A stretch of DNA of 64,000 bases. It comes from Eledone cirrhosa (Eukaryota). Made by a program: the position numbers and the translations under genes. Shown here piece by piece: positions 45,627 through 63,013 of this stretch. Location: contig OZ024756.1 in assembly GCA_964016885.1 (NCBI GenBank), positions 18,538,001 through 18,602,000 on the forward strand. Direction: 5' to 3'. Below the pieces are notes generated by a model that was not told the origin of the DNA, made no database searches, and saw nothing but the letters and a program-made list of their open reading frames with translations. Each line of letters begins with the position of its first letter. Within the stretch, counting starts at the first letter, position 1.

Positions 45627-45984
45627 GGTGTATCTATCTATCTATGTATCTTACTCGGTCTCTCCCCTTCAGCCCCCCCCCCCTCATACTATTGGAATGA
45701 AATAATTTCTGAGTCTGAAGAGAAGGGCCAGTCTTTTAGACAAAGCTATATCTATGAAGACACGCAGTTGCCATGAAAGATCATTAGTGGGAGCAAGGCC
45801 TAGCATTTCTAATAGCGACTCATCGGAATTACATAAGATATAGTTGCCTAAAATATATTATGTACACAAATATAACATACCCGTGTGGTTTTGTTTACAT
45901 TTTATAGCTTCTTCACCTATAATTATTTGCTTTCGTATTTGAAATCATATTACTTTATACTATATATATATATATATATATATA

Positions 45985-46286
45985 TGTAGGAGGTGAGTTT
46001 TATTGTAGTACAATAAAGCAATGCAGATATCGGATAAGAAGCACTCTACAGTTTGTAGGACTGGAGTATACATAATATAAGATCAAAAGATGGTTAAAGG
46101 AGTTCCATGTATTTTATTATGCGCATTTCAAAAACAAACATCATCATGCAATAATATTTGTGTTTTCATCAGATAAAATATTTGTGTTTTTATCTGATGA
46201 AAACACAAATATTATTGCATGATGATGTTTGTTTTTGAAATGCGCATAATAAAATACATGGAACTCCTTTAACCATCTTTTGATCT

Positions 46287-46294
<8 letters not shown>
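45985..46294. mobile_element. Family E palindrome: 107-bp arms, each a complete canonical hammerhead
   Basis: Arms 46072-46178 and 46188-46294 with a 9-bp spacer. TTTTAT-CTGATGA-AAACACAAATATTAT..ATGATGTTTGTTTTT-GAAAT-GCGC-ATA-ATAAAA at 46188-46254(+) and 46112-46178(-). Confidence 0.85.
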
Positions 46295-46333
<39 letters not shown>

Positions 46334-46336
<3 letters not shown>

Positions 46337-46533
46337 AAAGTTATATTTAAATTGTTGGGTTACAACTAGTAAATATTTATAACTGATATAAAAGCACTCG
46401 ACAAATATTTGGAGTATATTTACAATGTTAAATAAATGGAAACTATATTTATAAAACCATATTTATTTAATTATATATATTTCAGGGATATCATATGAGG
46501 AAGGCATAGCATATTGTTAATATGATATCCCTG

Positions 46534-46540
<7 letters not shown>
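46334..46540. mobile_element. Family C fragment with inversion inside the hammerhead
   Basis: The minus arm ends in stem II (about 46496). The plus arm TGAGGAAGGCATAG..CCCTGAAA runs into (TA)n. A family C upstream piece ending at CTGATGAA lies at about 46800-46858. Confidence 0.65.
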
Positions 46541-46600
<60 letters not shown>

Positions 46601-46891
46601 ATATGTTCCTACACGCACAAGGCGCTAATGGACACATGTATTGTCCAACCATATGCCAATGTGGTTCAATGGCAGGTTAATAAATTAACGAGCCAGAACA
46701 TATATAATCAAGGTTTAGCAAATAAGAAAAAGTTTCAAAATAGATTTTAAAAAATTAACTTTACTTACTATATAATGCAACCATTACTGTTGTATTCTTT
46801 AAAGGTATGTCAGTATTTATTTAATAAACTGCTCTATATTATATTTTATCTGATGAATTATATTATATTTTATCTGATATATATATGTATG

Positions 46892-46964
<73 letters not shown>

Positions 46965-46981
46965 ATATATATGTATATAAA

Positions 46982-47052
<71 letters not shown>

Positions 47053-47075
47053 ATATATATGTATATAAATATATG

Positions 47076-47115
<40 letters not shown>

Positions 47116-47119
47116 TATG

Positions 47120-47160
<41 letters not shown>

Positions 47161-47182
47161 GTATATATATATGTATATGTAT

Positions 47183-47242
<60 letters not shown>

Positions 47243-47273
47243 GTATATGTATATATATATATTTAAGTATATG

Positions 47274-47361
<88 letters not shown>

Positions 47362-47425
47362 TATATTTGTATATATATATGTATGTATATATATATATGT
47401 GTATGTATATGTATATATATATATG

Positions 47426-47485
<60 letters not shown>

Positions 47486-47660
47486 TGTATATATATATGT
47501 ATGTATATATATATATATGTGTATGTATATGTATATATATATATTTATGTATATGTATATATATATATTTATGTATATGTATATATATATATTTATGTGT
47601 ATGTATATATATGTATATATATATGTATATATATATGTATATATATATGTATATATATAT

Positions 47661-47960
47661 TTATCTATCTATCTAAGGCGAGTAAAAATTCCCGAGATCC
47701 ATGGACGAGTTCTCTCCAGCGGTCTCTGTCCCTCATTATCGCTGCCATGTTCTGCGTCTCAACAGACCAGTGTCTGTCCTTAGGGCATCAACATATGTTA
47801 ACCTTGGTCTTCCTCTTCTAGTGTGTCCATGTAGCGGCTCCCAAAGGAGCACTGAGTGCAATGTCAACTCTGGATGTCGGTGAGCATGTCCAGCCAACCT
47901 CAATCTCCCCTGTGTCACTTTTGAGCTGACTTTTGGGATGCTCCCATACAGCTCTGAGTT
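47661..47960 (-). mobile_element. RTE-clade LINE 3' fragment with (TAGA)n tail
   Basis: [52 protein letters not shown]. Confidence 0.8.
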
Positions 47961-48086
47961 ATGTATATATATATATTCATATATATATATATATATATGT
48001 ATATATATGTATATATATGTATATATTATGTATATATATGTATATATATATGTATATATATATGTATATATATATGTATATATATA

Positions 48087-48119
<33 letters not shown>

Positions 48120-48128
48120 ATATATATG

Positions 48129-48175
<47 letters not shown>

Positions 48176-48470
48176 GTATATATGTGTATATATATATGTA
48201 TATATATATGTATATATATATATATGTGTATATATATATGTATATATATATATATGTATATATATATGTATATATATATGTATATATATCTATGTATATG
48301 TATATATGTATATATATCTATGTATATGTATATATATATATGTATATATATATATGTATATATATATATGTATATATATATATGTATATATATATGTTAT
48401 ATATGTTATATATATGTATATATATGTATATATATGTATGTATATATATATGTATATATATGTATTATGT

Positions 48471-49058
48471 CAGGTCACCAGTTGGTGCTACTGTAACATG
48501 TATCCCAGTACAACCTGTCTCATGGTCGGGTCGTGGCGACTAAACTGGCAACCCCACAAGGTTTCTTGGTGAGAAGGGTGACTTTGGACATCCTGCAGGA
48601 CTAAAAACAAAACCTGTCAAAGGGCAAGGGAGCTCTTAAGAGTCAATAGCCATCCAAAATCACCGGGAGAGATGACCCCATTAGCCTTTGTCAAGGCAGA
48701 ATTCTAGGAGAAGGAAAACTCTGATATAACACCTGCAACCCTGATGGTATCCAATGATGTTGACTTGTTCTTCTTTTTGGTAAATATCATCTTGGTTAAG
48801 AGAGTGGGACTGGCTTTGTGCATTGCCTTTGCTCACTATAAACGTTTCACAGCACAGGCATTGCTTTATATCTGGAGATCTCTCTGCACTTGTCATCACA
48901 TGGTACCATGGACCCTGCTCTATGTGTCAATAATGGTCACAAGTGTAGTCTTTGTACCAGAGTTTTCAAGTCGCTGGCTGGACTAAAAAGTCACATTCGT
49001 TCAGCGCATCGGTAGGGGTTCTCCTACATGGATATAAAGTAGTGGCCGTACTCGAAAA
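48471..49058 (+). mobile_element. Third copy of the bipartite RTE-derived element
   Basis: Colinear with 23161-23750. Finger [25 protein letters not shown]. The last ~17 nt are missing. Confidence 0.8.
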
Positions 49059-49632
49059 ATGTATATATATGTATGTATATATATATATGTATATATATAT
49101 GTATATAATGTATATATATATATGTATATATATATGTTATATATATGTATATATATGTATATATATATGTATATATGTATATATATATATGTATAATATA
49201 TATATGTATATATATGTATATATATGTATATATATATATGTATATATATATATATGTATATATATATATGTATATATATATATGTATATATATGTATATA
49301 TATGTATATATATATATATGTATATATATATGTATATATATGTATAATATATGTATATATGTATATATATATGTATATATATATATGTATATATATGTAT
49401 ATATATGTATATATATGTATATATATGTATATATTATATATATGTATATATATGTATATATATATATGTATATATATATATGTATATATATATGTATATA
49501 TATGTATATATATGTATATATATGTATATATATATATATATGTATATATATGTATATATATATATGTATATATATATGTATATATATATATATGTATATA
49601 TATGTATATATATATATGTATATATATATATT

Positions 49633-49679
<47 letters not shown>

Positions 49680-50078
49680 GTATATATATGTATATATATG
49701 TATATATATGTATATATATGTATATATATATATATGTATATATATATGTATATATATGTATATATATGTATGTATATATATGTATATATATGTATATATA
49801 TATATGTATATATATATATGTATATATATATATTTATATATATGTATACATATATATGTATATATATATATTTTATATATATATATATGTATATATATGT
49901 ATATATATATATGTATATATATACATATATATATATATGTATATATATGTATGTATATATATGTATATATATATACATATATATATATATGTATATATAT
50001 GTATGTATATATATGTATATATATACATATATATATATATGTAATATATATATTATATATGTATATATATGTATATAT

Positions 50079-50417
50079 AGCCTATCACGGCGCACGCGCA
50101 TTCTTTCCCTCGTTTGAATTTTCCCCATAACGGCATTCCTATGTTTTAACGACAATACAACTTTCTTCGGCTTAGCCTGTTCCTCCCCTTTTGGAACTTT
50201 CCCCTGTTGATGGGCGTGAGCCGAAATATTGGGATTAAATCTCCACTACGGTAACCCTTCTACCTTTGTTTTGTTTTCATTTTCGTTTCTCTCAATTTTC
50301 ACTTTTTCTCCTATTTATCACTCACTTCCTACCTCGAGATCATCTGCATTGTTGTGGCTTTCTAAACTACATATTTTACACATTTCACAATGCTTCAAGC
50401 AAACTTTAACACCCTCC

Positions 50418-50418
<1 letters not shown>
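50079..50418 (+). mobile_element. Family A Penelope-like 3' end (solo pLTR) with variant hammerhead at 50200-50234
   Basis: Aligns to 18492-18812 and extends about 40 nt further 3'. Confidence 0.8.
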
Positions 50419-54109
<3,691 letters not shown>

Positions 54110-54279
54110 GTGAGGTTTTTTTTACAAAATGAAAAATAACCGAGGTGTCCTACACGAGTGAAAGTATAAAGAAAAAGAGATGAATTCGAAAATGCAACTG
54201 AAGTCTTATTTTTTTAAAAAAATATATATATTTATTTGGTTCCTTTACCGGTTTCGCAGTTCTTCTGCTTTTCAACTCA

Positions 54280-54317
54280 CCTTTTGAAAAGCAGAAGAAC
54301 TGCGAAACCGGTAAAGG
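54280..54317 (+). ncRNA. Minimal hammerhead with compensatory U3-A8 core at the centre of a 110-bp-arm palindrome (54165-54393)
   Basis: CCTT-TTGAAAA-GCAG-AAGAA-CTGC-GAAAC-CG-GTA-AAGG. Confidence 0.75.
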
Positions 54318-54386
54318 AACCAAATAAATATATATATTTTAAAAAAAAATAAGACTTCAGTTGCATTTTCGATTTCATCTCTTTTT

Positions 54387-54428
<42 letters not shown>

Positions 54429-54585
54429 TGTTATGCTTTGGGAAGGTCATGTTGCCAATAAGAAACACACGCACCAGTTGTTTTCACTCCAATTTATTAT
54501 AAGTTAAATTTATAAATTTAAGAATTTATAAATTTATATATTTCCGGTTGGTTGGTTACACAACCGGACGGTCGTTCATATATTG

Positions 54586-54626
54586 TCAGAGTCCTTTCGT
54601 CACACATTCTGCGACCTCTTCAGTGA
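54586..54626 (-). ncRNA. Minimal type I hammerhead in island 54425-54705
   Basis: Minus strand: TCA-CTGAAGA-G-GTCGCA-GAATG-TGTGAC-GAAAG-GA-CTC-TGA. Confidence 0.65.
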
Positions 54627-54934
54627 TTGGGGAATCTTTTCTTTTCTTTGTTTTTTTGCCTCTCCTTTGTTCTGTCCTACGCCATCTTGTTTTAGTGTGT
54701 GTTGTATATATATGTATATATATACATATATATATATATATACATATATATACATATATATATACATATATATATATACATATATATACATATATATATA
54801 CATATATATATATACATATATATACATATATATATACGTATATATATATATATATATTGGAATAATGTCTATATTCACATATATATATGTCTATATTCAC
54901 ATATATATATATATATATATACATATATATATAC

Positions 54935-55036
<102 letters not shown>

Positions 55037-55037
55037 G

Positions 55038-55087
<50 letters not shown>

Positions 55088-55413
55088 CATATATATATAT
55101 ACATATATATATATATGTATATATATATGTATATATATATATATATATATATACGTATATATATATGTATATATATGTATATATATATATATATATATGT
55201 GTATATATATATATGTTTATATATATATATGTTTATATATATATATGTTTATATATATATATGTTTATATATATATATGTGTATATATATATATGTGTAT
55301 ATATATATCTATATATATATATAAATATATATATATATGTATATATATATATATGTATATATATGTATATGTATATATATATATGTATATATATATATAT
55401 GTATATATATATG

Positions 55414-55446
<33 letters not shown>

Positions 55447-55614
55447 GTATATATATATGTATATATATATGTATATATATATATATACATATATGTATAT
55501 ATATATATATATGTATATATATGTATATATATATATATATGTATATATATGTATATATATATATATATGTAAATATATATATAGAAGTGGTTACACAACA
55601 GTTAGTTCACCATA

Positions 55615-55654
55615 CCGAGAACAATTGTTTCACCTTCGCGGATCTTCAGCTCGG
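55615..55654 (-). ncRNA. Type I hammerhead in the left arm of palindrome 55584-55731
   Basis: Minus strand: CCGAG-CTGAAGA-TCC-GCGAA-GGT-GAAAC-AATT-GTT-CTCGG. The right arm has the same motif without stem I. Confidence 0.8.
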
Positions 55655-55799
55655 GATGTGTCTGAATGAAGATCCGCGAAAGTGAAACAATTGTTCTCGG
55701 TATGGTGAACTAACTGTTGTGTAACAACTTCCACCTAACTCGTCCCTTGGACTGAGTGCTCTACCACTACGAATATTACCTTACAGTGGTCCACCTACC

Positions 55800-57517
55800 C
55801 TAAATTGTTTCTCCTTCTCGGGTGAGTTTTACCAACAGGTCACGGGGGTAGCCATGGGCACAAGAATGGGCCCGAACTATGCCAACCTTTTCGTTGGCCA
55901 TGTTGAGGCCCAAATCTTTGCCCAGTACACCGGCCCCACGCCCGAACTGTACGGTCGTGACATTGACGACTGTATCGGAGCCACGACCCTCACCCGAGTA
56001 CAGCTCCGCTCCTTTCTCTCCTTCTTCTGCTCCTTCCACCCCTCCCTCCACTTCACCACCTCTATCTCCACCACCCACGTCCACTTCTTGGACATCTCCG
56101 TCGCCTTCGAACCCTCCCACCACTCCCTCGTCACCTCCGCCTTCTTCAAACCCACCGACTCCCACTCTTACCTCGACTTCACCTCTTCCCACCCCACCCA
56201 CACTAAACTCTCCATTCCCTACTCCCAACTTCTCAGGATCCGCCGCCTCTGTAGCCGAGATGCTGACTTCGAGTCCCAGGCCCTTTCCCTAGTCAGCCAT
56301 TTTATCCGCAGAGGTTACCCCCCTCTCTCGTCCACACCGCTCTCACCCGCGCCCGTGCTATCCCCCGCTCCACCACCCACACCCCACGCCACCGCACACC
56401 CACCCACCGTCTCCCCTTCCCCATCACCCACCACCCCTCCACCTTACCCCTCCACCGCACCATCCGCCGCCTCTTCCGACGCCTCCAGTCCGACCCCTCC
56501 ACCTCCCACATCTTCCCAACCCCACCACTCCCCTCCTTCAAACGCGCACGCAATCTCCGCACCTTCCTCGTCCACAGCTCCCTACCCCCCAACCTACGCT
56601 CCGTTTCCCCCCCGGTTCCTTCCCCTGTTCTAGGCCCCGCTGCAACACCTGTCCCCACATCACCAACACCACCACCTTCCAGGGTCCCAACGGCCACCCT
56701 CTCTCGGTCCGGCATGCCTTCCGCTGCACCACCTCCTCCAACCTAGTCTACGGACTTCGTTGCACGAAGTGCAGCGCGACTTATGTCGGACAGACGGGAC
56801 GTCGCCTGGCGGACCGAGTCACGGAGCACCTCCGGGACATTCGTCTCGGGGGCAGTTCCCCCATCGCCCGCCACTTTGGTGGCCCTGGACACTCCGCACG
56901 CCATCTCACAGTCTGTGGCCTACTCCAATGCCACGGAACACCCGCCCATCGCCTTACGGTCGAACAACGTACTATCTTCATCTTACAGACCCACACTCCC
57001 CCCGGCCTGAACTCCCCATCCTTATTCCTTTAGCGTTCGACCGCCCCCCTCCCCCACACTTATCCCCCACTAACACCACTAACACACCCCTCCTTTTCAC
57101 CGCCCACCCCACACTAACAATACTAACACCTCCACTCCACCCCTCATCTGACCACCCTTCCCCAACTAACATACTAACATCCCTTCCCTCCCCTCTTCTC
57201 CTCCTCCCCCCTCCTTATCACACGCACACACGCACCCACTTACACCACCCACCCCACACGCAACTAACATCACTAACACCCTCCAACCCCACGCACACGT
57301 ACCCACACACCCTCGTACACCACCAACTCTACACACCCTACCCCCACTAACCCCCACTCACACCTGCATTCCACCCCTCCCCACCTCCCGTATACTAACA
57401 CCCACTAACACCTCTTCACCAAACTACACACACACCAGTACACCACACTCCCTCCATAGAACCACACACACCCTTCTCTCCCCGCTCCACACTCACTCAT
57501 CCCACTAACCCCTACTA

Positions 57518-57572
<55 letters not shown>

Positions 57573-58508
57573 CCTCACTCCAACTCTCACACCTACCCAT
57601 CCTCGCCTCCCTACCATTCCGCCGACTGCTGCTATGCCCTTCCGACCACTGTCTCAGCACCAACTGACCACAGCACTTCCACTGCTGACCACTTCCTGTT
57701 GCGCGCGCACCCCACCTCTCTCCTCTTCCGACCACCGCTTCTTGGATTACCCACACGCGTTTTGACTTCTAACCAAAATCTCCATACATCCGTGTAACTT
57801 ACCACTTTTCAACCATCCTCTTACACCATCACCTATATAACTCACCCACACACACACCCCAAAACAATTTTTTTTATCCACACGCCACCCACACCCACAA
57901 CACGCTTAAACCACACACACGTGCTTCCCACCACATATTTACACCCTCAGCCCCCTGATTCCTCTCCCCCCCACCCCCTATCCACACACGCACAGACCCT
58001 CCGACCCACAAAAACACCCCCCACACACACCTTCCTGAACATGCAACCCCGTTCTTCCCCCAACCCTCACTTTCACATACACACACACCTAACCACACAC
58101 ACCACCTTCAGCCCTCCCCGCTCGGACACCCCGTCTCCCTCTCCCCACTCCACCCGCCACCACCTCTACTCACCCCACACCCTTCCACCACCTGTTTACC
58201 CCCCTTTTAATTTCAGTTTATTTTGATCATGCCTTTATTTTTAAATTTTCTCATTCCTTGTATTTTGATCATGCTTTATTTTTATTTATTATTTATTATA
58301 TTTTTGTCTTTATTTGTTAATTTTTCATTCGCACCGTTTCCTTTCGCTATACGTCTCTCCACCACTCCCCTACACACCTTTTGAACTCTCACCTGAAGAA
58401 GGGCTTATGCCCGAAACGTCGTCCCCCACCTACCCCCCACTCTCCCGAGCGTGAATTTAATAAACATTTATCGTACTGCCTCTCTGTTCTGTCCATGTTC
58501 AATTTTTC

Positions 58509-58512
<4 letters not shown>
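55800..58512 (+). mobile_element. 5'-truncated Neptune-type Penelope-like element: RT, Cys linker, GIY-YIG, long C-rich 3' UTR, hammerhead
   Basis: GVAMGTRMGPNYANLF; (Y>D)IDD; FLD; KPTDSHSYL..SSHP..IPYSQLLRIRRLCS. After frameshifts: PCSRPRCNTC and LVYGLRCTKCSATYVGQTGRRLADRVTEH...PGLN, stop at 57033. AATAAA at about 58460, then (TA)n. Confidence 0.92.
58391..58422 (+). ncRNA. Minimal Penelope-type hammerhead
   Basis: AC-CTGAAGA-A-GGGC-TTAT-GCCC-GAAAC-GTC-GT. Canonical core, but stem I is only 2 bp. Confidence 0.75.
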
Positions 58513-58577
<65 letters not shown>

Positions 58578-58838
58578 GATTCCATTTCCTCAGAGAAATA
58601 ACAACACAACCAGGAGCTGAACATATCGATGTATTGACGGAGTAAAACATACTTCAACAACATGTGTTCCTGTCTTTCCCACACCAATTCGGACTGCCCA
58701 AAGAGGTCAGCGAAATATATATAGCAGTATATCTATAATTTATAATAAACGAAGCCAAATTTTACATATTTGACTTAATTATTTTATATATATATACTAT
58801 CCACAAGTGTTTTTTAACCATCATATCATGTCTTCCTG

Positions 58839-58905
58839 TTTTATCTGATCAAAACACAAATATTACTGCATGATGATATTTGTTTTTGAAATGCGCATAA
58901 TAAAA
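58839..58905 (+). ncRNA. Family E hammerhead, G8C (probably inactive)
   Basis: TTTTAT-CTGATCA-...-GAAAT-GCGC-ATA-ATAAAA, matching 46188-46254. Confidence 0.65.
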
Positions 58906-58935
58906 TACATGGAACCCTTTTAACCATCTTTTGTT

Positions 58936-58995
<60 letters not shown>

Positions 58996-59127
58996 AATTT
59001 AGCGAGAATCGCATTTCGGCGAGTAGAAATTAGTGAAACGCAACTTCCGATTTGTGTTGGCAAGCGTTCAATGGATACGAAGATACCAGAGCAATAAACA
59101 TAAGTTAAAAAGATTTATAAGTTTAAC

Positions 59128-59211
<84 letters not shown>

Positions 59212-59521
59212 AATATGTATATATATATACATATATATATATGTATATATATGTATATATATATGTATATATATGTATATATATATGTATATATATGTAT
59301 ATATATATGTATATATATATAAATATATATGTATATGTATATATATATAAATATATATATATATAAATATATATGTATATGTATATATATATAAATATAT
59401 ATATATAAATATATATGTATATGTATATATATATAAATATATATAAATATATATATATAAATATATATGTATATGTATATATATATAAATATATATAAAT
59501 ATATATATATAAATGTATATG

Positions 59522-59583
<62 letters not shown>

Positions 59584-59585
<2 letters not shown>

Positions 59586-59727
59586 AGGGTAGGCTGAAAA
59601 GTTCATGGAAGGACCAAATGAGGTTTACCTTTCAAAATACTCCCTGTTGAAATTAATGAATGCAAGATTTCACAGCACTAACATCACTCTTTCATAGTCA
59701 TCCTCTGAAATGTTCAGCCCAACCTCG
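59584..59727 (+). mobile_element. Short mariner-like MITE
   Basis: Imperfect TIRs CAAGGGTAGGCTGAAAAGTTC / GAAATGTTCAGCCCAACCTCG. The interior matches the 140-bp satellite unit. Confidence 0.7.
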
Positions 59728-59954
59728 CATTAACCGAAAAAATGTACAACAATGAATCAGAAATTAATCAAATCCTTTTCTGATTTGGTTCCAGTCATTC
59801 CAATGGACTGCTCCCATACTGGAGCAAAGTTTCACAAGTTTTCGGCAATCATATCGATCCTAATGCATATTTTAATCTATTACATGCGAGTATTTTATTG
59901 ATTTTGATTTACCAAATTACTATCTTATCGGACAAAAGCAAGAGCACACATATG

Positions 59955-60083
<129 letters not shown>

Positions 60084-60218
60084 AATATAAACGTTATGTT
60101 TTAAATAATATATTTATGCAATGCTGCAGTTATTATTTTTCATGAAATTATCCACCGATTGAGTCGTTCTTTCGCAAACAACGCCAAGTATATTACTAGT
60201 ATATATATATATATATAT

Positions 60219-60594
60219 GAGGGTGTTAAAGTTTGCTTGAAGCATTGTGAAATATGTAAAATATGTAGTTTAGAAAGCCACAACAATGCAGATGGGAAAT
60301 CTCGAGGTGGGAAGTGAGTGAGAAATAGGTGAAAATTGAGAGAAACGAAAACAAAACAAAGGTAGTCTCCGGCTTAGCTTGTCCCCCCCCCCCTTTTGGA
60401 ACTTTCCCCCCGTTGATGGGCGTGAGCCCGAAATATTGGGATTAAATCTCCACTACGGTAACCCTTCTACCTTTGTTTTGTTTTCGTTTTTTCGTTTCTC
60501 TCAATTTTTCACTTTTCTCCTATTTCTCACTCACTTCCTACCTCGAGATTTCCCATCTGCTTTGTTGTGGCTTTCTAAACTACATATTTTATAT
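60219..60594. mobile_element. Family A head-to-head inverted pLTR pair
   Basis: 60219-60365 is the reverse complement of the family A tail. 60366-60594 is the sense copy, with the variant hammerhead at 60405-60441. Confidence 0.8.
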
Positions 60595-60668
60595 ATAAAT
60601 ATATATATATAAATAAAAATATAGCGACAATAAGAAGTCAGATTTTCAGCTTATTATGAAACTTTATT

Positions 60669-60756
60669 GCATATTACAATTGTTTCGATATCTATCAGCT
60701 CGGGTTTGATCAAGCGATCGGATCCCGACTCTTAATCGACATCTTTTCAGATATGC
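60669..60756 (-). ncRNA. Type I hammerhead with G8A (C3-A8 mismatch), related to 20282-20366
   Basis: Minus strand: GCATAT-CTGAAAA-GATGTC...GATATC-GAAAC-AATT-GTA-ATATGC. Confidence 0.7.
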
Positions 60757-60852
60757 GAGTTTACATGGGTGATCCCATCCAAACTGGAGCACAACGAGAG
60801 ACGGACCCCGTAACAGTATTGCCGCTAGTAACCACGAGTTACTCCCATAATA

Positions 60853-60920
<68 letters not shown>

Positions 60921-60923
<3 letters not shown>

Positions 60924-61085
60924 TTTTAATATAGAAGAGCTTCTACAGGACTAGAACTGTTTCTTTCGTGAGAATGATTTCTCACGAATGTAACAGTTCT
61001 AGTTCTGTAGAAGCACTTCTATATTAAAACTTTTATACTCTGCTACCACTGACTGTGTTTACCTCCGATTCAACCCGGAATAACT
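60921..61085. mobile_element. Family B palindrome (arms about 60921-60974 / 60979-61032) plus tail
   Basis: Shares CTTCTACAGGACTAGAACTGTT with 13102-13218. The centre falls on the TGAT of the hammerhead-like core. Confidence 0.65.
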
Positions 61086-61150
61086 TATATATATATATAT
61101 ATATAAAAGATCGGAGACCATATTCAGTTGATTCAGGTTTATTTAAAACT

Positions 61151-61208
61151 CTGTTATACATATTTCACTGAGGACTATCAATTATGATAGCCTAAGCTCT
61201 TCAGATGG
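61151..61208 (-). ncRNA. Type I hammerhead with decayed stem I
   Basis: Minus strand: CCAT-CTGAAGA-GCTTAGGCTATCA..TGATAGTCCTCAGT-GAAAT-ATGT-ATA-ACAG. Stem I is restored if both sides are CpG-decayed CCGT/ACGG. Confidence 0.6.
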
Positions 61209-61451
61209 CAAAACCTAAAATAAACATTGGAAGTTCTTAATAAATCTTTAAATTTGGAAAAATCCAATAATTTCCCCGAAAAAATCTTTCTTTTCATGAT
61301 ACAGGGGTCCGGCCGAACGCCTGGTGTTGTTTCTTCGACGGCTGGCCCCTGTATGTATATAGAGGTCGTTGAGCGCTTCTTTTTATCTGCTTTACATCCG
61401 ACAGACCATAATGTGATCTGCACATCCCTGTTCGGTTAACCCCAAACTCTA

Positions 61452-61483
<32 letters not shown>

Positions 61484-61559
61484 ACACACACACACACACA
61501 CATTTAGAGAGAAATGGCTTCTACAGGACTAGAACTTTTTCATTCGAAGGAAAGCGGGT

Positions 61560-62370
61560 AAAAACTACAACAGGGTTGTATTTTTTCCTCGCTTTACAGT
61601 CATATATGAACATTTATCTTAGCCAAACTCCATTCCTATATCCTTTGAGAATGTTCTAACCAGATCAAGATTTTTTTTCATCCCATCTATGTTCTTGGGA
61701 TAGAGTTTCAGATCATCCACAAAGAAATTATGGGTTAAGTTCGTATTTCTGTCCTCCTGTAAGCTCAATGATGTATCCTTCACATTTATTGAGAAGAAAG
61801 GACAAGGCGTTTAATGACAGGATAAATAGTATCACAGAGAGACTGTCTCCTTGAAATATACCCCTGTGATATCCTATTTTATCAGTGGAAATAGAGTCCT
61901 CCTTTTCTGTTTTTAACTTTAGGATAGTAGCCCAAGAAGAAGACAGCTTCTCTATGACTCTGATAATAATGTCTGGGACTTTAGCAAGTCGGAGGGCCTC
62001 TATCATCCAAGAGTGGGGAACAGAATCGAAAGCTTTCCTGTAGTCCAGCCAGACTGTAGCCATATTCCTCTTAAATTGTCGCACCTCCGACATCGCAGTT
62101 TTGTTGATTAGGAGTTGTTCAGCACACCCCCAAATCCCTTTCTTTCCAGCTGCTTGTTCATCTGTGATGATGTTATTATTTTCAGTGATCTTGGAAGCAG
62201 GCTGTATACATCTTATACATCAGGTTCTGGCATGCAATGGATCGGTAGTTTTTTGTCAGGTGGGTGTCTTTATTTTTGGGGACCAGTATTGTTTGTGCTA
62301 ATGTCAACCATTCTGGTATAAGTGTATCTCCCTTGAGAACTTGTTGGTAGAGGTTGTTAAGATACATCCG
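61560..62370 (-). mobile_element. R4/Dong-like non-LTR reverse transcriptase fragment
   Basis: PEWLT..TILVPK..KNYRSIAC; GIWGCAEQLLIN; WLDYRKAFDSVPHSW; GIFQGDSLS; FFVDDLKLY; FSKDIGMEFGLDKC. Frameshifted. Confidence 0.85.
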
Positions 62371-62585
62371 ATATATATGGGTATATATGTAAAATATCGA
62401 CCGCCTTTTCAAGCCTGTAGTCGGAACTGCTTGACGTCGCGGTCGGGATTATATATATATATATATTCTTTTTTTATCTAAAGACATTTTTTCCAATTCC
62501 AACCCGCCCGTCCCCTCAATCTATCTTATTTCTCATATATATATATGTAAAATACCCATTTGTGCGCACACACGCGCACGCACAC

Positions 62586-62770
<185 letters not shown>

Positions 62771-63013
62771 ATTCACAAGAATCAAAGCTATGTTCAAAAC
62801 ATTTATTCACTTACAATTGTTTTATCCAAACCTAGGCTTGGGGTCTTCGGAGCATTTTTCAATGTTTGTACACATAATTGACCTCCTTTCCAACGCAAGA
62901 GACATACAGATACATATATATATATATTGATGTACAGTGGAATGACATATATTATACTATATTATTTCTGTATAGCAATTCAAATTCAAAATCAAAATCA
63001 AAATTAAATTTAA

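Noticed and set aside
48495-48512. TGTATCCCAGTAC resemblance to the SRP/Alu 5' domain
   Set aside because: Short match, not conserved across the three copies, and the rest of the Alu fold is absent.
62390-62450. Degenerate hammerhead-like hairpin (AAGC..GCTT-GAAA..GTC on the minus strand)
   Set aside because: The core deviates too far from CUGANGA to support a call.
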